Assembly: GCA_035264845.1 (NCBI GenBank)
Contig: DATFPL010000140.1
Coordinates: 1-45,781, forward strand
From: Candidatus Limnocylindrales bacterium
GTDB taxonomy: Bacteria > Chloroflexota > Limnocylindria > Limnocylindrales > CSP1-4
Length of the DNA stretch: 45,781 bases
Direction of reading: 5' to 3'
The notes beneath the pieces are model-generated. The model searched no databases. It was not told the DNA's origin and saw only the letters and a program-made list of their open reading frames with translations. A program made the translations under genes and the position numbers. Shown here piece after piece: positions 1 through 9,077 of this stretch; within the stretch, counting starts at the first letter, position 1, and the number at the start of each line of letters is the position of its first letter.

Positions 1-1
1 T

Positions 2-2182
2 GCCGCGTTTGCGGCCACCCTCACGACAAGCGTCGTCGCTGCGGTCGCCATCGCCACGGCGATCTCGCTGTCCGGCGGCGCGCCGCAGTTCCAGAAGCTG
101 CCGGAGATGCTCCAGTTCGGCGGCCTCGTCGCGCTGGCCAACACGAGCCTCGCGCTGCTGGCGGTGTCGATCCTGTGGATCCACACCCAGGCGATCTGGC
201 TCCTCGTCGTGCCCGTCGCCACGCTGTTCGTCGCCTACCGCGCGTACGTCTCCGAGCGCGAGAAGCACGAGCGGCTCGAGCTGCTCTACGAGTCCAGCCG
301 GATCCTGCAGAACTCCCCGGCCCTGGATTCCGCGCTCCTCGCGCTGCTCCAGCATGCCCGCGAGATGTTCCGCGCCGAGGTCGCCGAGATCGTGCTCTAC
401 CCGCGGCGCGACCCCGAGGGCGACGCACTCCGAACCCGGACGACGCGCGACGGCCAGTCGGAGGTCATGGCGCCGCTCGCGCTCGTCGCCGGCGATCCCG
501 TCAGGCGCCGGATCACGACGGACCGGCGCGCATTCCTCCACGCGCCGGCACCCGACTGGCGGCCCGGCCCCGTCACGATCCGCCAGGCGATGACGTGTCC
601 GCTCAACGGCGAGCGCGGGCTGATGGGCGAGATGTCCGTCGCCAACCGCCTGACGGAGGGAACGAGCTTTCTCGGCGACGACCTCCGCCTGCTCGAGATG
701 ATCGCGAATCAGGCCGCGGCGGCCCTCGAGAACGGTCAGCTCGAGCAGTCGCTGGCGGAGCTGTCCCGGCTCAAGGAGCAGCTCCGGCATCAGGCCTACC
801 ACGACTCGTTGACGGGGCTTCCGAACCGGGCGCTCTTTACGGAGCGCGTCGACGAGCGGCTGGCGCACTCCGCGGCCGGGTCACCGCTCATCCCGGTCGT
901 CCTGTTCCTCGACCTCGACGACTTCAAGGTCGTCAATGACACCCTCGGCCACGCCGCGGGCGATCGCCTCCTCGTGATGGTCGCCGAGCGGATCGCCGGT
1001 TGCATCCGGGCCGGCGACATCGCGGCGCGGCTCGGCGGCGACGAGTTCGCGATCCTCCTCGAGGACCGCGCCGACCTGTCGCGCTCGATCGGCGTGGCGA
1101 ACCGGATTCTCGATGCGCTTCAGGCGCCGTTCGCGATGGCCGAGAAGGAGATCGTCGTAGGCGGCAGCATCGGAGTGGCTGTCGGGCGCGACACCGACGA
1201 GCGCGCGCAGGACCTGCTCCGCAAGGCGGACATGGCGATGTACACGGCGAAGTCCGCGGGCAAGCGCCGCCTGTCGGTGTTCGACCCGACCGTCCATGCC
1301 TCGATCGTCGCCCGCCACGAGCTCAGCGCGGAGCTGGCCGGCAGCATCGCCCGCGCCGAGCTGGCGGTCCACTACCAACCGATCATCGACCTCGCGTCGC
1401 TGCGGATGACCGGCGTCGAGGCGCTGGTCCGCTGGAACCACCCGACGCGCGGGCTCGTGCCCCCCGACGAGTTCGTCCGGCTCGCCGAGGAGAACGGCAC
1501 CATCCTCGAGCTTGGCCGGTGGGTCGTGGTCGAGGCATGCGACCAGCTCGTGGCGTGGAAGCACGCCGGAATCCTGCGGAGTCCGATCTCCCTCGCCCTC
1601 AACCTGTCGCCGATCCAGCTTCAGCAGCCGGGCTTCGTCGAGGACATGGAGTCGATCCTGCTGCGGACCGGCTTCGAGCCATCGGAACTCGTCATCGAGA
1701 TGACGGAGACCGCGATGTTCCGCGACAGCGAGACGACCATCGCCAAGCTCGAATCGCTCCGATCGCGCGGGGTACGCATCGCCGTCGACGACTTCGGGAC
1801 CGGCTACTCGTCACTCGGATACCTGCGGCGGTTCCCCGTCGACATCCTGAAGATCGCGCGCGACTTCATCGTCGCTCCGGACAGCGACCCCGACGAGTGG
1901 GCTTTCGCCCACGCGATCGTTGCGCTGGGGCGGACGCTCGGCCTGACCATCGTCGCGGAGGGCATCGAGGAGCCCGGGCAGCTCGACCGCCTGCGCGAGC
2001 TCGGCTGCCAGCTGGGGCAGGGCTTCCTGCTCGGCCGGCCGATGCCCGCGGAGGACATCGAGGAGCTGCTCCGTTCGAATTCGGCCGCGGCGATGGCCGT
2101 CGAGGCGTCGGTCGCCGGGATCGTGCGCGGCCCGTGGCCGCACATGCCCGATACGCCCGCAGGCCTCCTCCGCGTGCGCTGA
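2..2182 (+). CDS. GAF-GGDEF-EAL signalling protein (diguanylate cyclase/phosphodiesterase); 5' end lies outside the window
   Basis: The frame is open back to nt 2; the listed ORF 107..2182 only marks the first in-window Met. N-terminal TM helices and a GAF-like segment are present. Motifs look intact: GGDEF (RLGGDEFAILL), EAL (VEALVRW), DDFGTGYSSL, EGIEE. Confidence 0.9.
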   Translation, partial: AAFAATLTTSVVAAVAIATAISLSGGAPQFQKLPEMLQFGGLVALANTSLALLAVSILWIHTQAIWLLVVPVATLFVAYRAYVSEREKHERLELLYESSRILQNSPALDSALLALLQHAREMFRAEVAEIVLYPRRDPEGDALRTRTTRDGQSEVMAPLALVAGDPVRRRITTDRRAFLHAPAPDWRPGPVTIRQAMTCPLNGERGLMGEMSVANRLTEGTSFLGDDLRLLEMIANQAAAALENGQLEQSLAELSRLKEQLRHQAYHDSLTGLPNRALFTERVDERLAHSAAGSPLIPVVLFLDLDDFKVVNDTLGHAAGDRLLVMVAERIAGCIRAGDIAARLGGDEFAILLEDRADLSRSIGVANRILDALQAPFAMAEKEIVVGGSIGVAVGRDTDERAQDLLRKADMAMYTAKSAGKRRLSVFDPTVHASIVARHELSAELAGSIARAELAVHYQPIIDLASLRMTGVEALVRWNHPTRGLVPPDEFVRLAEENGTILELGRWVVVEACDQLVAWKHAGILRSPISLALNLSPIQLQQPGFVEDMESILLRTGFEPSELVIEMTETAMFRDSETTIAKLESLRSRGVRIAVDDFGTGYSSLGYLRRFPVDILKIARDFIVAPDSDPDEWAFAHAIVALGRTLGLTIVAEGIEEPGQLDRLRELGCQLGQGFLLGRPMPAEDIEELLRSNSAAAMAVEASVAGIVRGPWPHMPDTPAGLLRVR

Positions 2183-2187
2183 ACGGC

Positions 2188-2772
2188 GTGTTCATCCTCT
2201 ATTCCGTCGCGATCGGTCTGATCGCCGGCGTCCTGCTCCGTGGCAGCCCAGGCCGCCTCGGCGAGCTGCGGTTCCGCTGGGCGCCGCTCATCGTCATCGG
2301 AACGCTCATCCAGCTCGCGCTCTTCTCCGATCCGGTGACGGCGCGAATCGGCTCGCTGGGACCCGGGATCTACGTCGCCTCGACGGGGCTCGTCCTCCTC
2401 GCGGTCGTCCGCAACTTCAGGATCGCCGGGATCGCGATCGTCGCCGTGGGTGCGGCGTCGAACCTCGCCGCGATCGTAGCCAACGGCGGGTACATGCCCG
2501 CGAGCGCCGCCGCGCTGGCTGGGCACGGCGGGGGCAACGGGTACTCGAACAGCGTCGTCCTCGCCAACCCCGCTCTCGCCCCGCTCACCGATCTCTTCGC
2601 CCTGCCGGCGTGGGTCCCGGCGGCCAACGTGTTCAGCGTCGGCGACGTGCTCATCGCCGTGGGGATCGTCGTCGCGATCGTCGTCCGGATGCGGACCGAG
2701 CCCGTCGTGGACGTACGAGACCGGCTCGTTCGGTTCGAGCCGCAGGTCGCCGGGCACGCAGCCGACCGGTGA
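2188..2772 (+). CDS. polytopic membrane protein, DUF5317-like (tentative family)
   Basis: GTG start 5 nt after the GGDEF-EAL stop. This is the C-terminal part of listed ORF 1000..2772. It has 5-6 hydrophobic helices and the motifs ANGGYMP and FSVGDVLIAVG, which I recall from DUF5317. High GC3. Confidence 0.7.
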   Translation: MFILYSVAIGLIAGVLLRGSPGRLGELRFRWAPLIVIGTLIQLALFSDPVTARIGSLGPGIYVASTGLVLLAVVRNFRIAGIAIVAVGAASNLAAIVANGGYMPASAAALAGHGGGNGYSNSVVLANPALAPLTDLFALPAWVPAANVFSVGDVLIAVGIVVAIVVRMRTEPVVDVRDRLVRFEPQVAGHAADR

Positions 2773-2856
2773 CGGAGGGGCACTCAGGCCCGCCGGACGC
2801 CGGTGCTCGCCGACAACTCCGACCACCAGGTACCCCTCGCCAGTACTTTCGGTTTA

Positions 2857-2885
2857 TTGGTCGTGACCCCGACCGGACCTACCGT
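2857..2885 (+). promoter_or_regulatory. candidate promoter (TTGGTC - 17 nt - TACCGT) for the riboswitch/micro-ORF unit
   Basis: -35-like TTGGTC at 2857-2862 and -10-like TACCGT at 2880-2885 with a 17 nt spacer. It sits in a locally AT-richer patch just upstream of the aptamer. Confidence 0.35.
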
Positions 2886-2907
2886 TCGTACCAAGACATC
2901 CGTCTTG

Positions 2908-3000
2908 CGCCAGAGGCCTGTCCTGGGCAAACCCATCGCGAGGTGGGGACGCAAAGCCAGGGATCTGCGGTCCACCGACCGCAGACCGCCCGGTTGCCGG
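2908..3000 (+). promoter_or_regulatory. c-di-GMP-I (GEMM-I) riboswitch aptamer
   Basis: GGGCAAACC at 2925-2933. Hairpin CCCAUC-GCGA(GNRA)-GGUGGG at 2932-2947. GGGACGCAAAGCC at 2946-2958. P2-like helix: CC/GG, GGG/CCC, then CUGCGGU (2965-2971), loop CCACCG, ACCGCAG (2978-2984). The cores match the V. cholerae Vc2 aptamer as I remember it. The outer boundaries (P1) are approximate. Confidence 0.8.
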
Positions 3001-3039
3001 GATCGAAGGCGATCGAAATCGGGTTCACGAGGTATCACC

Positions 3040-3174
3040 GTGAAGTCGAACCTGGCGAGCATCAGCACGACGCTGGTGCACCTGTCCCGGTACAGCTGGG
3101 TCGTCTGGGCCCTCCTGATCCTTGCGTCGATGGCCCTCAGCCTCGGCGCCGGCCTCAAGTGGGACTGGGAATGA
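3040..3174 (+). CDS. 44-aa hydrophobic micro-protein (VKSNLASISTTLVHLSRYSWVVWALLILASMALSLGAGLKWDWE)
   Basis: GTG start with GAGG 7 nt upstream. 42 of 44 codons end in G/C. One clear TM helix. Followed by a strong intrinsic terminator. This is the C-terminal part of listed ORF 2803..3174. Confidence 0.6.
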   Translation: MKSNLASISTTLVHLSRYSWVVWALLILASMALSLGAGLKWDWE

Positions 3175-3279
3175 CCGATGGACCGTCGAGCCGCTGCCTT
3201 GCTGCTCACTGACGGGGAACTCAAGCCCTGCGCCGGCCACCGCTGGCGCTGACCCCGGCTCTCCGAGCCGAGCTCATCC

Positions 3280-3327
3280 GAACGGACCGATCGCCGAGCA
3301 CCCGGCGACCGGTCCGTTCTTCGTTTT
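3280..3327 (+). terminator. rho-independent terminator of the riboswitch/micro-ORF unit
   Basis: 17-bp stem with one mismatch: GAACGGACCGAUCGCCG, loop AGCACC, CGGCGACCGGUCCGUUC. Followed by UUCGUUUUG. There is no U-tract on the opposite strand. Confidence 0.8.
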
Positions 3328-3397
3328 GCGTGGTCTCCGCGGCACGGCCGCCGGCGGCCGGTCCGGACCGCAGTACCATCCGGTGAGGTACGGGTGG

Positions 3398-3427
3398 TTG
3401 CACGATCCGGCGACCGACGCGTAGACT
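3398..3427 (+). promoter_or_regulatory. candidate promoter of the ilv-leu operon leader (TTGCAC - 18 nt - TAGACT)
   Basis: TTGCAC at 3398-3403 and TAGACT at 3422-3427. The same GC-TAGACTGC-CG context recurs upstream of pyrR at 36465-36470. Confidence 0.45.
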
Positions 3428-3433
3428 GCGCGG

Positions 3434-3716
3434 ACACCTCGGGGCCGCCCGCGGTGCAGACTCAGTGGAGACCGTGTTGCCCGAGTTCGAGCGCCGGAAT
3501 CGCCGACACGTCGTGATCGCCATCACGACGGACGGTCGCCGCGTCCAGCTGCCCGTCGACGGGAACGGCCTGACTGACGTATCGCTCCTCGGGATTCTTC
3601 GCTCGTTCCTCCTTGGGCTGGACGGCCTTCTCGGCCTTATTACCGGCTCCCGGCGGGAGAACGGAGGAACTCGGAGGGACGAGCGCCGCTAGCGCGAAAC
3701 CACCGACAACCGAAGG
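3434..3716 (+). promoter_or_regulatory. structured ilvB leader; candidate attenuator with a Leu/Ile-rich leader reading frame
   Basis: 9-bp hairpin at 3509-3530. 13-bp long-range helix 3600-3612 / 3673-3685. Open frame 3465..3692 encodes ...SLLGILRSFLLGLDGLLGLI... using rare CTT/ATT codons. GGAGGG at 3673-3678 can alternatively pair with the terminator 5' arm. Confidence 0.5.
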
Positions 3717-3744
3717 GACCCTCGCCGGGAGGCGAGGGTTTTTT
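3717..3744 (+). terminator. intrinsic terminator 50 nt upstream of the ilvB start (attenuator terminator)
   Basis: Perfect 8-bp stem CCCUCGCC (3719-3726), loop GGGA, GGCGAGGG (3731-3738), followed directly by UUUUUU (3739-3744). Confidence 0.8.
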
Positions 3745-3795
3745 GATGTCCGGCGGCGCGGCCGGGCGGCAGAGGGAACGGGAAGGGGCAAGTCG

Positions 3796-5664
3796 ATGAC
3801 GATGACGAAGCGGGACACGGCGACGCGGCCGAGTCCCGATGCGCCTGCCCGGCGCAGCCACGTGCCGGCCGACGGCACGGCGTCGTCGGCGGCGGTCGAA
3901 CGCGCGCGCCGCGAGATGCTCGACGACTCGCGGCCGCGCCGCCGGACCCGCATCGGCGCGGACGTCGTGTGCGAGGCGCTGATCCGCCAGGGCGTCGACG
4001 TGTTCTTCGGCTATCCCGGCGGCGTCGTCCTGCCCCTCTACGACGTCCTCGGCGACTATCCGGAGATCCGCCACATCCTCGTCCGCCACGAGCAGGGCGG
4101 CGCCCACGCCGCCGACGGCTATGCCCGCGTCACCGGCAAGGTCGGGGTCTGCCTCGGGACGTCGGGACCCGGCGCGACGAACCTCGTGACCGGGCTCGCT
4201 ACTGCGCAGCTCGATTCCGTGCCCCTCGTGGCGATCACCGGCAACGTGCCTGCCGCGCTCCTCGGCAAGGACGCGTTCCAGGAGATCGACATCAACGGGA
4301 TCACGTTGCCGATGACGAAGCACAACTACCTCGTCCGCGACGCCAACGACCTGCCGCGCGTCTTCGCCGAGGCGTTCCACATCGCCGCCTCCGGCCGGCC
4401 CGGACCGGTCCACATCGACATCACGAAGGACGCGCTCCAGCAGGAGACGGACGCGCCGCACCCGACGCACGAGGAAGTGATCGCCGGGCTGCCGGGCTTC
4501 CGTCCGAACATGGACGGGCATCCGCGCCAGCTGAAGCTCGCCGCGGCCGAGATTGCGCGCGCCAGGCGCCCCGTCATCCTCGCCGGCCACGGGGTCCTCC
4601 ACGCCGAGGCGTGGGACGAGCTGAGGGCGCTCGCCGAGAAGGTGCAGATCCCCGTCGCCCACACGCTCCTCGGCATCGGCGCGATCGACGAGACGCACCC
4701 GCTGAGCTACGGCTTCATGGGGATGCACGGTTGGAAGCACGTCAACCGGGCGATCCAGTCGGCCGACCTGCTCCTCGCGGTCGGGATGCGGTTCGACGAC
4801 CGCGTCACAGGCAATGTCCGCACGTACGCGCCGTATGCCCGGATCGTCCACGTCGACATCGACCCGGCAGAGATCGGCAAGAACGTCGCGGTCGAGGTCC
4901 CCATCGTTGGCGACGCCAAGCGCGTCCTCGGGGCGCTCCTGCCGATGGTCGAGGCCGTTCCCGCCGCGTCCCGGCGCGAGTACTTCGACCAGCTGGCGGA
5001 GTGGCGGCGCGAGTCGGAGGCCTCGAGCTGGCATGGCTCCGGCGCGTGGCGCGACGGACTCCTGTCGGCCGACTTCGTCGTCGCGCGGATCGGCGAGCTG
5101 AGCGGCCACGCCGGCACGTACGTCGCCGACGTTGGCCAGAACCAGATGTGGCTCGCCCGGTACACCGGCTTCCGCCAGCCGAACACGCACGTGAGCTCCG
5201 GCGGCCTCGGGACGATGGGCTTCTCCGTGCCGGCCGCGATGGGCGCCGCGCTGGGCCGGCCGGATCGCGAGACGTGGGCGATCACGGGCGACGGCGGCTT
5301 CCAGATGACGTCCCAGGAGCTGATGACGCTGGTCCAGGATCGCATCCCGCTGAAGATCGCCGTCTTCGACAACAAGAAGCTCGGGATGATCCGGCAGTGG
5401 CAGGAGATCATCTACGCCGGGAACTACCACTCGGCGACGCTCATGGGACCCGACTACATCAAGCTCGCTGACGCGTACGGCATCCCCGGCTTTCGCGCCG
5501 CGACGCCGGACGAGGTCGACGAGGCGATCCGGGCCGCGCAGGCCGTCGACGGGCCGGCTCTCATCTGGTTCCAGATGGCCGAGGAGCAGAACATCTTCCC
5601 GATGATGCCGGCAGGCAAGGGGCTCTCGGACCTGATCGAGAAGTGGGACGGGGCGGAGGAATGA
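3796..5664 (+). CDS. ilvB: acetolactate synthase (acetohydroxyacid synthase) large subunit
   Basis: ThDP-enzyme motifs: GADVVCEALIRQGVDVFFGYPGG, RHEQGGAHAADGYAR, GPGATNLVTG, GDGGFQM. ATG 3796 follows GGAAGGGG. The start is uncertain within listed ORF 3613..5664. Confidence 0.9.
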   Translation: MTMTKRDTATRPSPDAPARRSHVPADGTASSAAVERARREMLDDSRPRRRTRIGADVVCEALIRQGVDVFFGYPGGVVLPLYDVLGDYPEIRHILVRHEQGGAHAADGYARVTGKVGVCLGTSGPGATNLVTGLATAQLDSVPLVAITGNVPAALLGKDAFQEIDINGITLPMTKHNYLVRDANDLPRVFAEAFHIAASGRPGPVHIDITKDALQQETDAPHPTHEEVIAGLPGFRPNMDGHPRQLKLAAAEIARARRPVILAGHGVLHAEAWDELRALAEKVQIPVAHTLLGIGAIDETHPLSYGFMGMHGWKHVNRAIQSADLLLAVGMRFDDRVTGNVRTYAPYARIVHVDIDPAEIGKNVAVEVPIVGDAKRVLGALLPMVEAVPAASRREYFDQLAEWRRESEASSWHGSGAWRDGLLSADFVVARIGELSGHAGTYVADVGQNQMWLARYTGFRQPNTHVSSGGLGTMGFSVPAAMGAALGRPDRETWAITGDGGFQMTSQELMTLVQDRIPLKIAVFDNKKLGMIRQWQEIIYAGNYHSATLMGPDYIKLADAYGIPGFRAATPDEVDEAIRAAQAVDGPALIWFQMAEEQNIFPMMPAGKGLSDLIEKWDGAEE

Positions 5665-6272
5665 CGGGCGGCTCGTCGCGGAACGGCCACTCCCCGGCGG
5701 ACGCGGCTGCCGTCGCGCCCGCCCACGTCGCCCCGCCGCCGCGCGCGCTCCCCGGTGGCGGCGAGACGCGGCGTCACGTACTCGTGGCCGTCGTTCTGAA
5801 CAAGCCGGGCGTCCTGAACCGTGTCTCGTCGCTCATGCGTGCCCGCAACTTCAACATCGACTCGCTCGCCGTCAGCCACACCGACCAGCCGGACGTCAGC
5901 CGGATGACGATCACGCTCCACGGCGACGACGTTGCGGTCGAGCAGGCAGCGAAGCAGCTCTACCGGCTGATCGACGTGCTCAAGGTGCAGGACGTCACGT
6001 CCGAACCGACGATCGAGCACGAGCTTGCGCTCGTGAAGATCCGGGCGACCGACACGAATCGGGCCGAGATCCTGAAGCTCGTCGAGCTGTCGAAGGGTCG
6101 TGTCGTCGACGTGTCGCCGGAGTCGGTCGTGGCGGAGGTGACGGGGACGGAGGAGGAGGTCGACGCGTTCGCCGGCCTCGTCAGGAGCTACGGGATCAAG
6201 GAGCTGGTGAGGACAGGGGCCGTCGTCATGGCGCGCGGCTCGCAGTCGATTGAGGAGGCAGTCAAGCGATGA
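5661..6272 (+). CDS. ilvN: acetolactate synthase small (regulatory) subunit
   Basis: ACT-domain sequence [33 protein letters not shown]. The ATG overlaps the ilvB stop (ATGA). An N-terminal Pro/Ala-rich extension makes the exact start uncertain. Confidence 0.85.
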   Translation: MTGGSSRNGHSPADAAAVAPAHVAPPPRALPGGGETRRHVLVAVVLNKPGVLNRVSSLMRARNFNIDSLAVSHTDQPDVSRMTITLHGDDVAVEQAAKQLYRLIDVLKVQDVTSEPTIEHELALVKIRATDTNRAEILKLVELSKGRVVDVSPESVVAEVTGTEEEVDAFAGLVRSYGIKELVRTGAVVMARGSQSIEEAVKR

Positions 6273-6372
6273 ATCCTCGCGCGGATGGCGTCGCGGGGCT
6301 CCGCCTCCGACCTCGGAGAGCGAACGGCAACCAATGGCTGAGGGCGGCCATTCACGGGGAGGAGCAGAGCTG

Positions 6373-7452
6373 ATGACCGCGAGGATGTACTACGACAGCG
6401 ACACGAATCCGGCGGCGCTCGAGGGCAAGACCGTCGCCGTCATCGGCTACGGGAGCCAGGGGCACGCTCACGCGCTGAACCTGAAGGAGTCCGGCTACGA
6501 CGTGGTCGTGGGGCTTGCTCCCGGGTCGAAAAGCCGGCCGCTCGCGGCGGACGCGGGCCTTCGCGTCGCGGACGTCGCGGATGCCGTTCGCGACTCGGAC
6601 GTCGTCATGATCCTCGTCCCCGATACCGTTCAGAAGAGCGTCTACGACTCGGAGATCGCCCCGAACCTCAAGCCCGGGCAGCTGCTGATGTTCGCCCACG
6701 GCTTCAACATCCATTTCGGGCGGATCGATCCACCGGGCGACATCGACGTCGGGATGGTCGCCCCGAAGGGCCCCGGCCACCTGCTTCGCAGCGTCTACCA
6801 GCAGGGCGGCGGGGTCCCGGCGCTGTTCGCCGTGCACCGTGACGCGAGCGGGACCGCGCGCGAGCGCGTGCTCGCGTACGCCCGCGGCATCGGATCGACC
6901 CGCGCGGGCGTCCTCGAGACGACGTTCAAGGAGGAGACCGAGACCGACCTGTTCGGCGAGCAGGCGCTTTTGTGCGGCGGCGTGTCGGCGCTCGTCAAGG
7001 CCGCGTTCGAGACGCTCGTCGAGGCCGGCTACCAGCCGGAGCTCGCGTACTTCGAGACGATGCACGAGCTGAAGCTCATCGTCGACCTGATGTACCGCGG
7101 CGGCCTCAACTTCATGCGCTTCAGCGTCAGCGACACCGCCGAGTACGGCGACTACGTCTCGGGGCCGCGGATCGTCGAGGGCGCCAAGGCGACGATGAAG
7201 GACGTCCTGGCCGAGATCCAGAGCGGCCAGTTCGCGAATCGCTGGGTCGCCGAGTACGACTCCGGTGGGCGCGAGTTCGCGCGGCTCCGCGAGCAGGACC
7301 GCAACCACCAGATCGAGCAGGTCGGGGCGGAGCTCCGCTCGAAGATGCCGTTCGTCAACCCGGTCGTCGTCCGCGCCGGCGAGGCGCAGGCAGGGGCATC
7401 CGGCGCGACTGCGGACCCGGGCGCGAACCGCGAGAAGGAGGTTGCCCGATGA
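6373..7452 (+). CDS. ilvC: ketol-acid reductoisomerase
   Basis: [10 protein letters not shown]...[24 protein letters not shown] is typical class I KARI. ATG 6373 is preceded by GGGGAGGAG. Confidence 0.93.
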   Translation: MTARMYYDSDTNPAALEGKTVAVIGYGSQGHAHALNLKESGYDVVVGLAPGSKSRPLAADAGLRVADVADAVRDSDVVMILVPDTVQKSVYDSEIAPNLKPGQLLMFAHGFNIHFGRIDPPGDIDVGMVAPKGPGHLLRSVYQQGGGVPALFAVHRDASGTARERVLAYARGIGSTRAGVLETTFKEETETDLFGEQALLCGGVSALVKAAFETLVEAGYQPELAYFETMHELKLIVDLMYRGGLNFMRFSVSDTAEYGDYVSGPRIVEGAKATMKDVLAEIQSGQFANRWVAEYDSGGREFARLREQDRNHQIEQVGAELRSKMPFVNPVVVRAGEAQAGASGATADPGANREKEVAR

Positions 7453-9077
7453 GCGGGGGAGCACCGGGGCCCGGCGTCGTGACGAACGCCGTCCGCGTCT
7501 TCGACACGACGCTGCGTGACGGGGAGCAGGCACCCGGCGCCGGCCTGACGGCCGCCGAGAAGCTCGAGGTCGCGCGCCAGCTTGTTCGGCTCAAGGTCGA
7601 CGTCATCGAGGCCGGCTTTCCCGCGGCGTCCCCGGGCGACTTCGAGGCCGTCAACCGGATCGCCCGCGAGACCCGCGGCGTGGCGGTCGCTGCGCTCGCC
7701 CGATGCCGCGACGGCGACCCGCAGCGAGCGGTCGAGGCGATCAAGGTCGCCGAGCGACCGCACCTCCATGTGTTCATCGCGACGAGCGACATCCACCTCA
7801 CGCACAAGCTCCGGATCAGCCGCGAGCAGGCGCTCGCCGACGCGGTCCGGTGGGTGCGCTACGGGCGCGAGCAGCTGGGCCGCGACGCCGAGATCGAGTT
7901 CTCCGCCGAGGACGCCTCGCGAACGGATCCGGAGTACCTGCTCCAGGTCTACGAGGCGGTCGTCGCCGCCGGCGCGTCGACCGTCAACATCCCGGACACC
8001 GTCGGCTATGCGATCCCGTCGGAGTTCGCCTCCCTGGTCGGTCAGGTCGTCGAGCGCGTCGGGCGCGACGCGACGATCAGCGTCCACTGCCACAACGACC
8101 TTGGTCTCGCGACCGCGAACACGCTCGCTGCGGTGCAGGCGGGCGCGCGGCAGGTCGAGGTGACGATCAACGGCCTCGGCGAGCGCGCCGGCAACGCGTC
8201 GCTCGAGGAGGTCGTCATGAGCCTCCGCACGCGCCCGACGCAGTTCCCGCAACTCGGGAGTGGCGTCCAGACGGAGCAGATCACCGCTGCGTCGCGGCTC
8301 GTGTCGTACCTGACGGGGTTCGCGGTCCAGCCGAACAAGGCGATCGTCGGTGGCAACGCGTTTGCGCACGAGTCCGGGATCCACCAGGACGGCGTCATCA
8401 AGAACCCGTTGACCTACGAGATCATGACCCCGCAGTCCGTCGGGCTGTCGGGGAGCCAGCTGACGATCGGCAAGCTGTCCGGGCGGCGCGGCCTGCAGCA
8501 GAAGCTCCGCGAGCTGGGCCACGAGGTCGACGGCGACGCGCTCGACTCGCTCTACCGCCAGGCGATCGCGCTCGCCGACGCGAAGAAGGAGGTCACCGAT
8601 GCGGACCTCCTCGCGCTCGCCGAGCAGCGTGCGTCGGAGGTTCCGGCGTCGGTCTCCCTTCTCGGTTGGAGCGTCACGAGCTCGCACGGCGGCAACGGCA
8701 CCGGGACGGTGTCGCTCAGCGTGAACGGCGAGGAGCGCTCCACGGACGCGACCGGGAACGGCCCCGTTGACGCGCTCTACTCCGCGGTCGACCAGGCACT
8801 CCAGCCCGCACTCGGATGGCACCCGGTTCTTGCCGAGTACGAGATCAAGGCAGTGTCGGCGGGCGAGGACGCCCAGGGCCAGGTGCTGGTCCGCTGCCGC
8901 CGTTCGTCCGACGAGGGGCCGGGTGCGCTCGTCGTCTCCGGCCACGGCTTGTCCACGAACATCATCGAGGCGTCGCTCGACGCATACCTCGCCGCGGTCA
9001 ACAAGCTCCACGGCGCGGAGATCAACGGGGTCGCGGTCGCATTCGTCGCGCCTCGCGTCGTGGAAGAGCTGCCGTAG
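7449..9077 (+). CDS. leuA: 2-isopropylmalate synthase (short form with C-terminal regulatory domain)
   Basis: [33 protein letters not shown], and C-terminal GNGPVDAL...[19 protein letters not shown]. The ATG overlaps the ilvC stop. Confidence 0.9.
   Translation: MSGGAPGPGVVTNAVRVFDTTLRDGEQAPGAGLTAAEKLEVARQLVRLKVDVIEAGFPAASPGDFEAVNRIARETRGVAVAALARCRDGDPQRAVEAIKVAERPHLHVFIATSDIHLTHKLRISREQALADAVRWVRYGREQLGRDAEIEFSAEDASRTDPEYLLQVYEAVVAAGASTVNIPDTVGYAIPSEFASLVGQVVERVGRDATISVHCHNDLGLATANTLAAVQAGARQVEVTINGLGERAGNASLEEVVMSLRTRPTQFPQLGSGVQTEQITAASRLVSYLTGFAVQPNKAIVGGNAFAHESGIHQDGVIKNPLTYEIMTPQSVGLSGSQLTIGKLSGRRGLQQKLRELGHEVDGDALDSLYRQAIALADAKKEVTDADLLALAEQRASEVPASVSLLGWSVTSSHGGNGTGTVSLSVNGEERSTDATGNGPVDALYSAVDQALQPALGWHPVLAEYEIKAVSAGEDAQGQVLVRCRRSSDEGPGALVVSGHGLSTNIIEASLDAYLAAVNKLHGAEINGVAVAFVAPRVVEELP

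Noticed and set aside
3171-3212. 13-codon ORF (MTDGPSSRCLAAH) overlapping the micro-ORF stop (ATGA).
   Set aside because: It is too short and featureless to support. There is no independent signal beyond the overlap.
3434-3744. T-box riboswitch as an explanation for the ilvB leader and terminator.
   Set aside because: There is no T-box core (..GGGUGGNACCGCG..) 5' of the terminator. I could not find AG-bay, GNUGGA or distal-loop motifs. The only GGUGG-like string is on the wrong strand.
3640-5430. Long ORFs antisense to, or out of frame with, the real genes. Examples: 3640..5430 -, 6352..7533 -, 7152..9011 -, 8777..10246 -, 13911..15920 -, 16032..17327 -, 17654..19048 -, 19012..21231 -, 41765..43375 -, 39988..42993 +, and the N-terminal parts of 1000..2772, 6972..9077 and 8767..11856.
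   Set aside because: Their products are Arg/Pro/Ala/Gly-rich low-complexity strings with no motifs. They overlap genes that have clear family signatures. Stop-poor shadow frames of this kind are expected in DNA that is about 70% GC.
6250-6372. N-terminal extensions implied by the longest ORFs for ilvC (6250), ilvB (3613), ilvN (5643) and DUF853 (13974).
   Set aside because: Internal starts have proper SDs or overlap-coupling, and they coincide with where family conservation begins. The extensions are Arg/Gly/Pro-rich.
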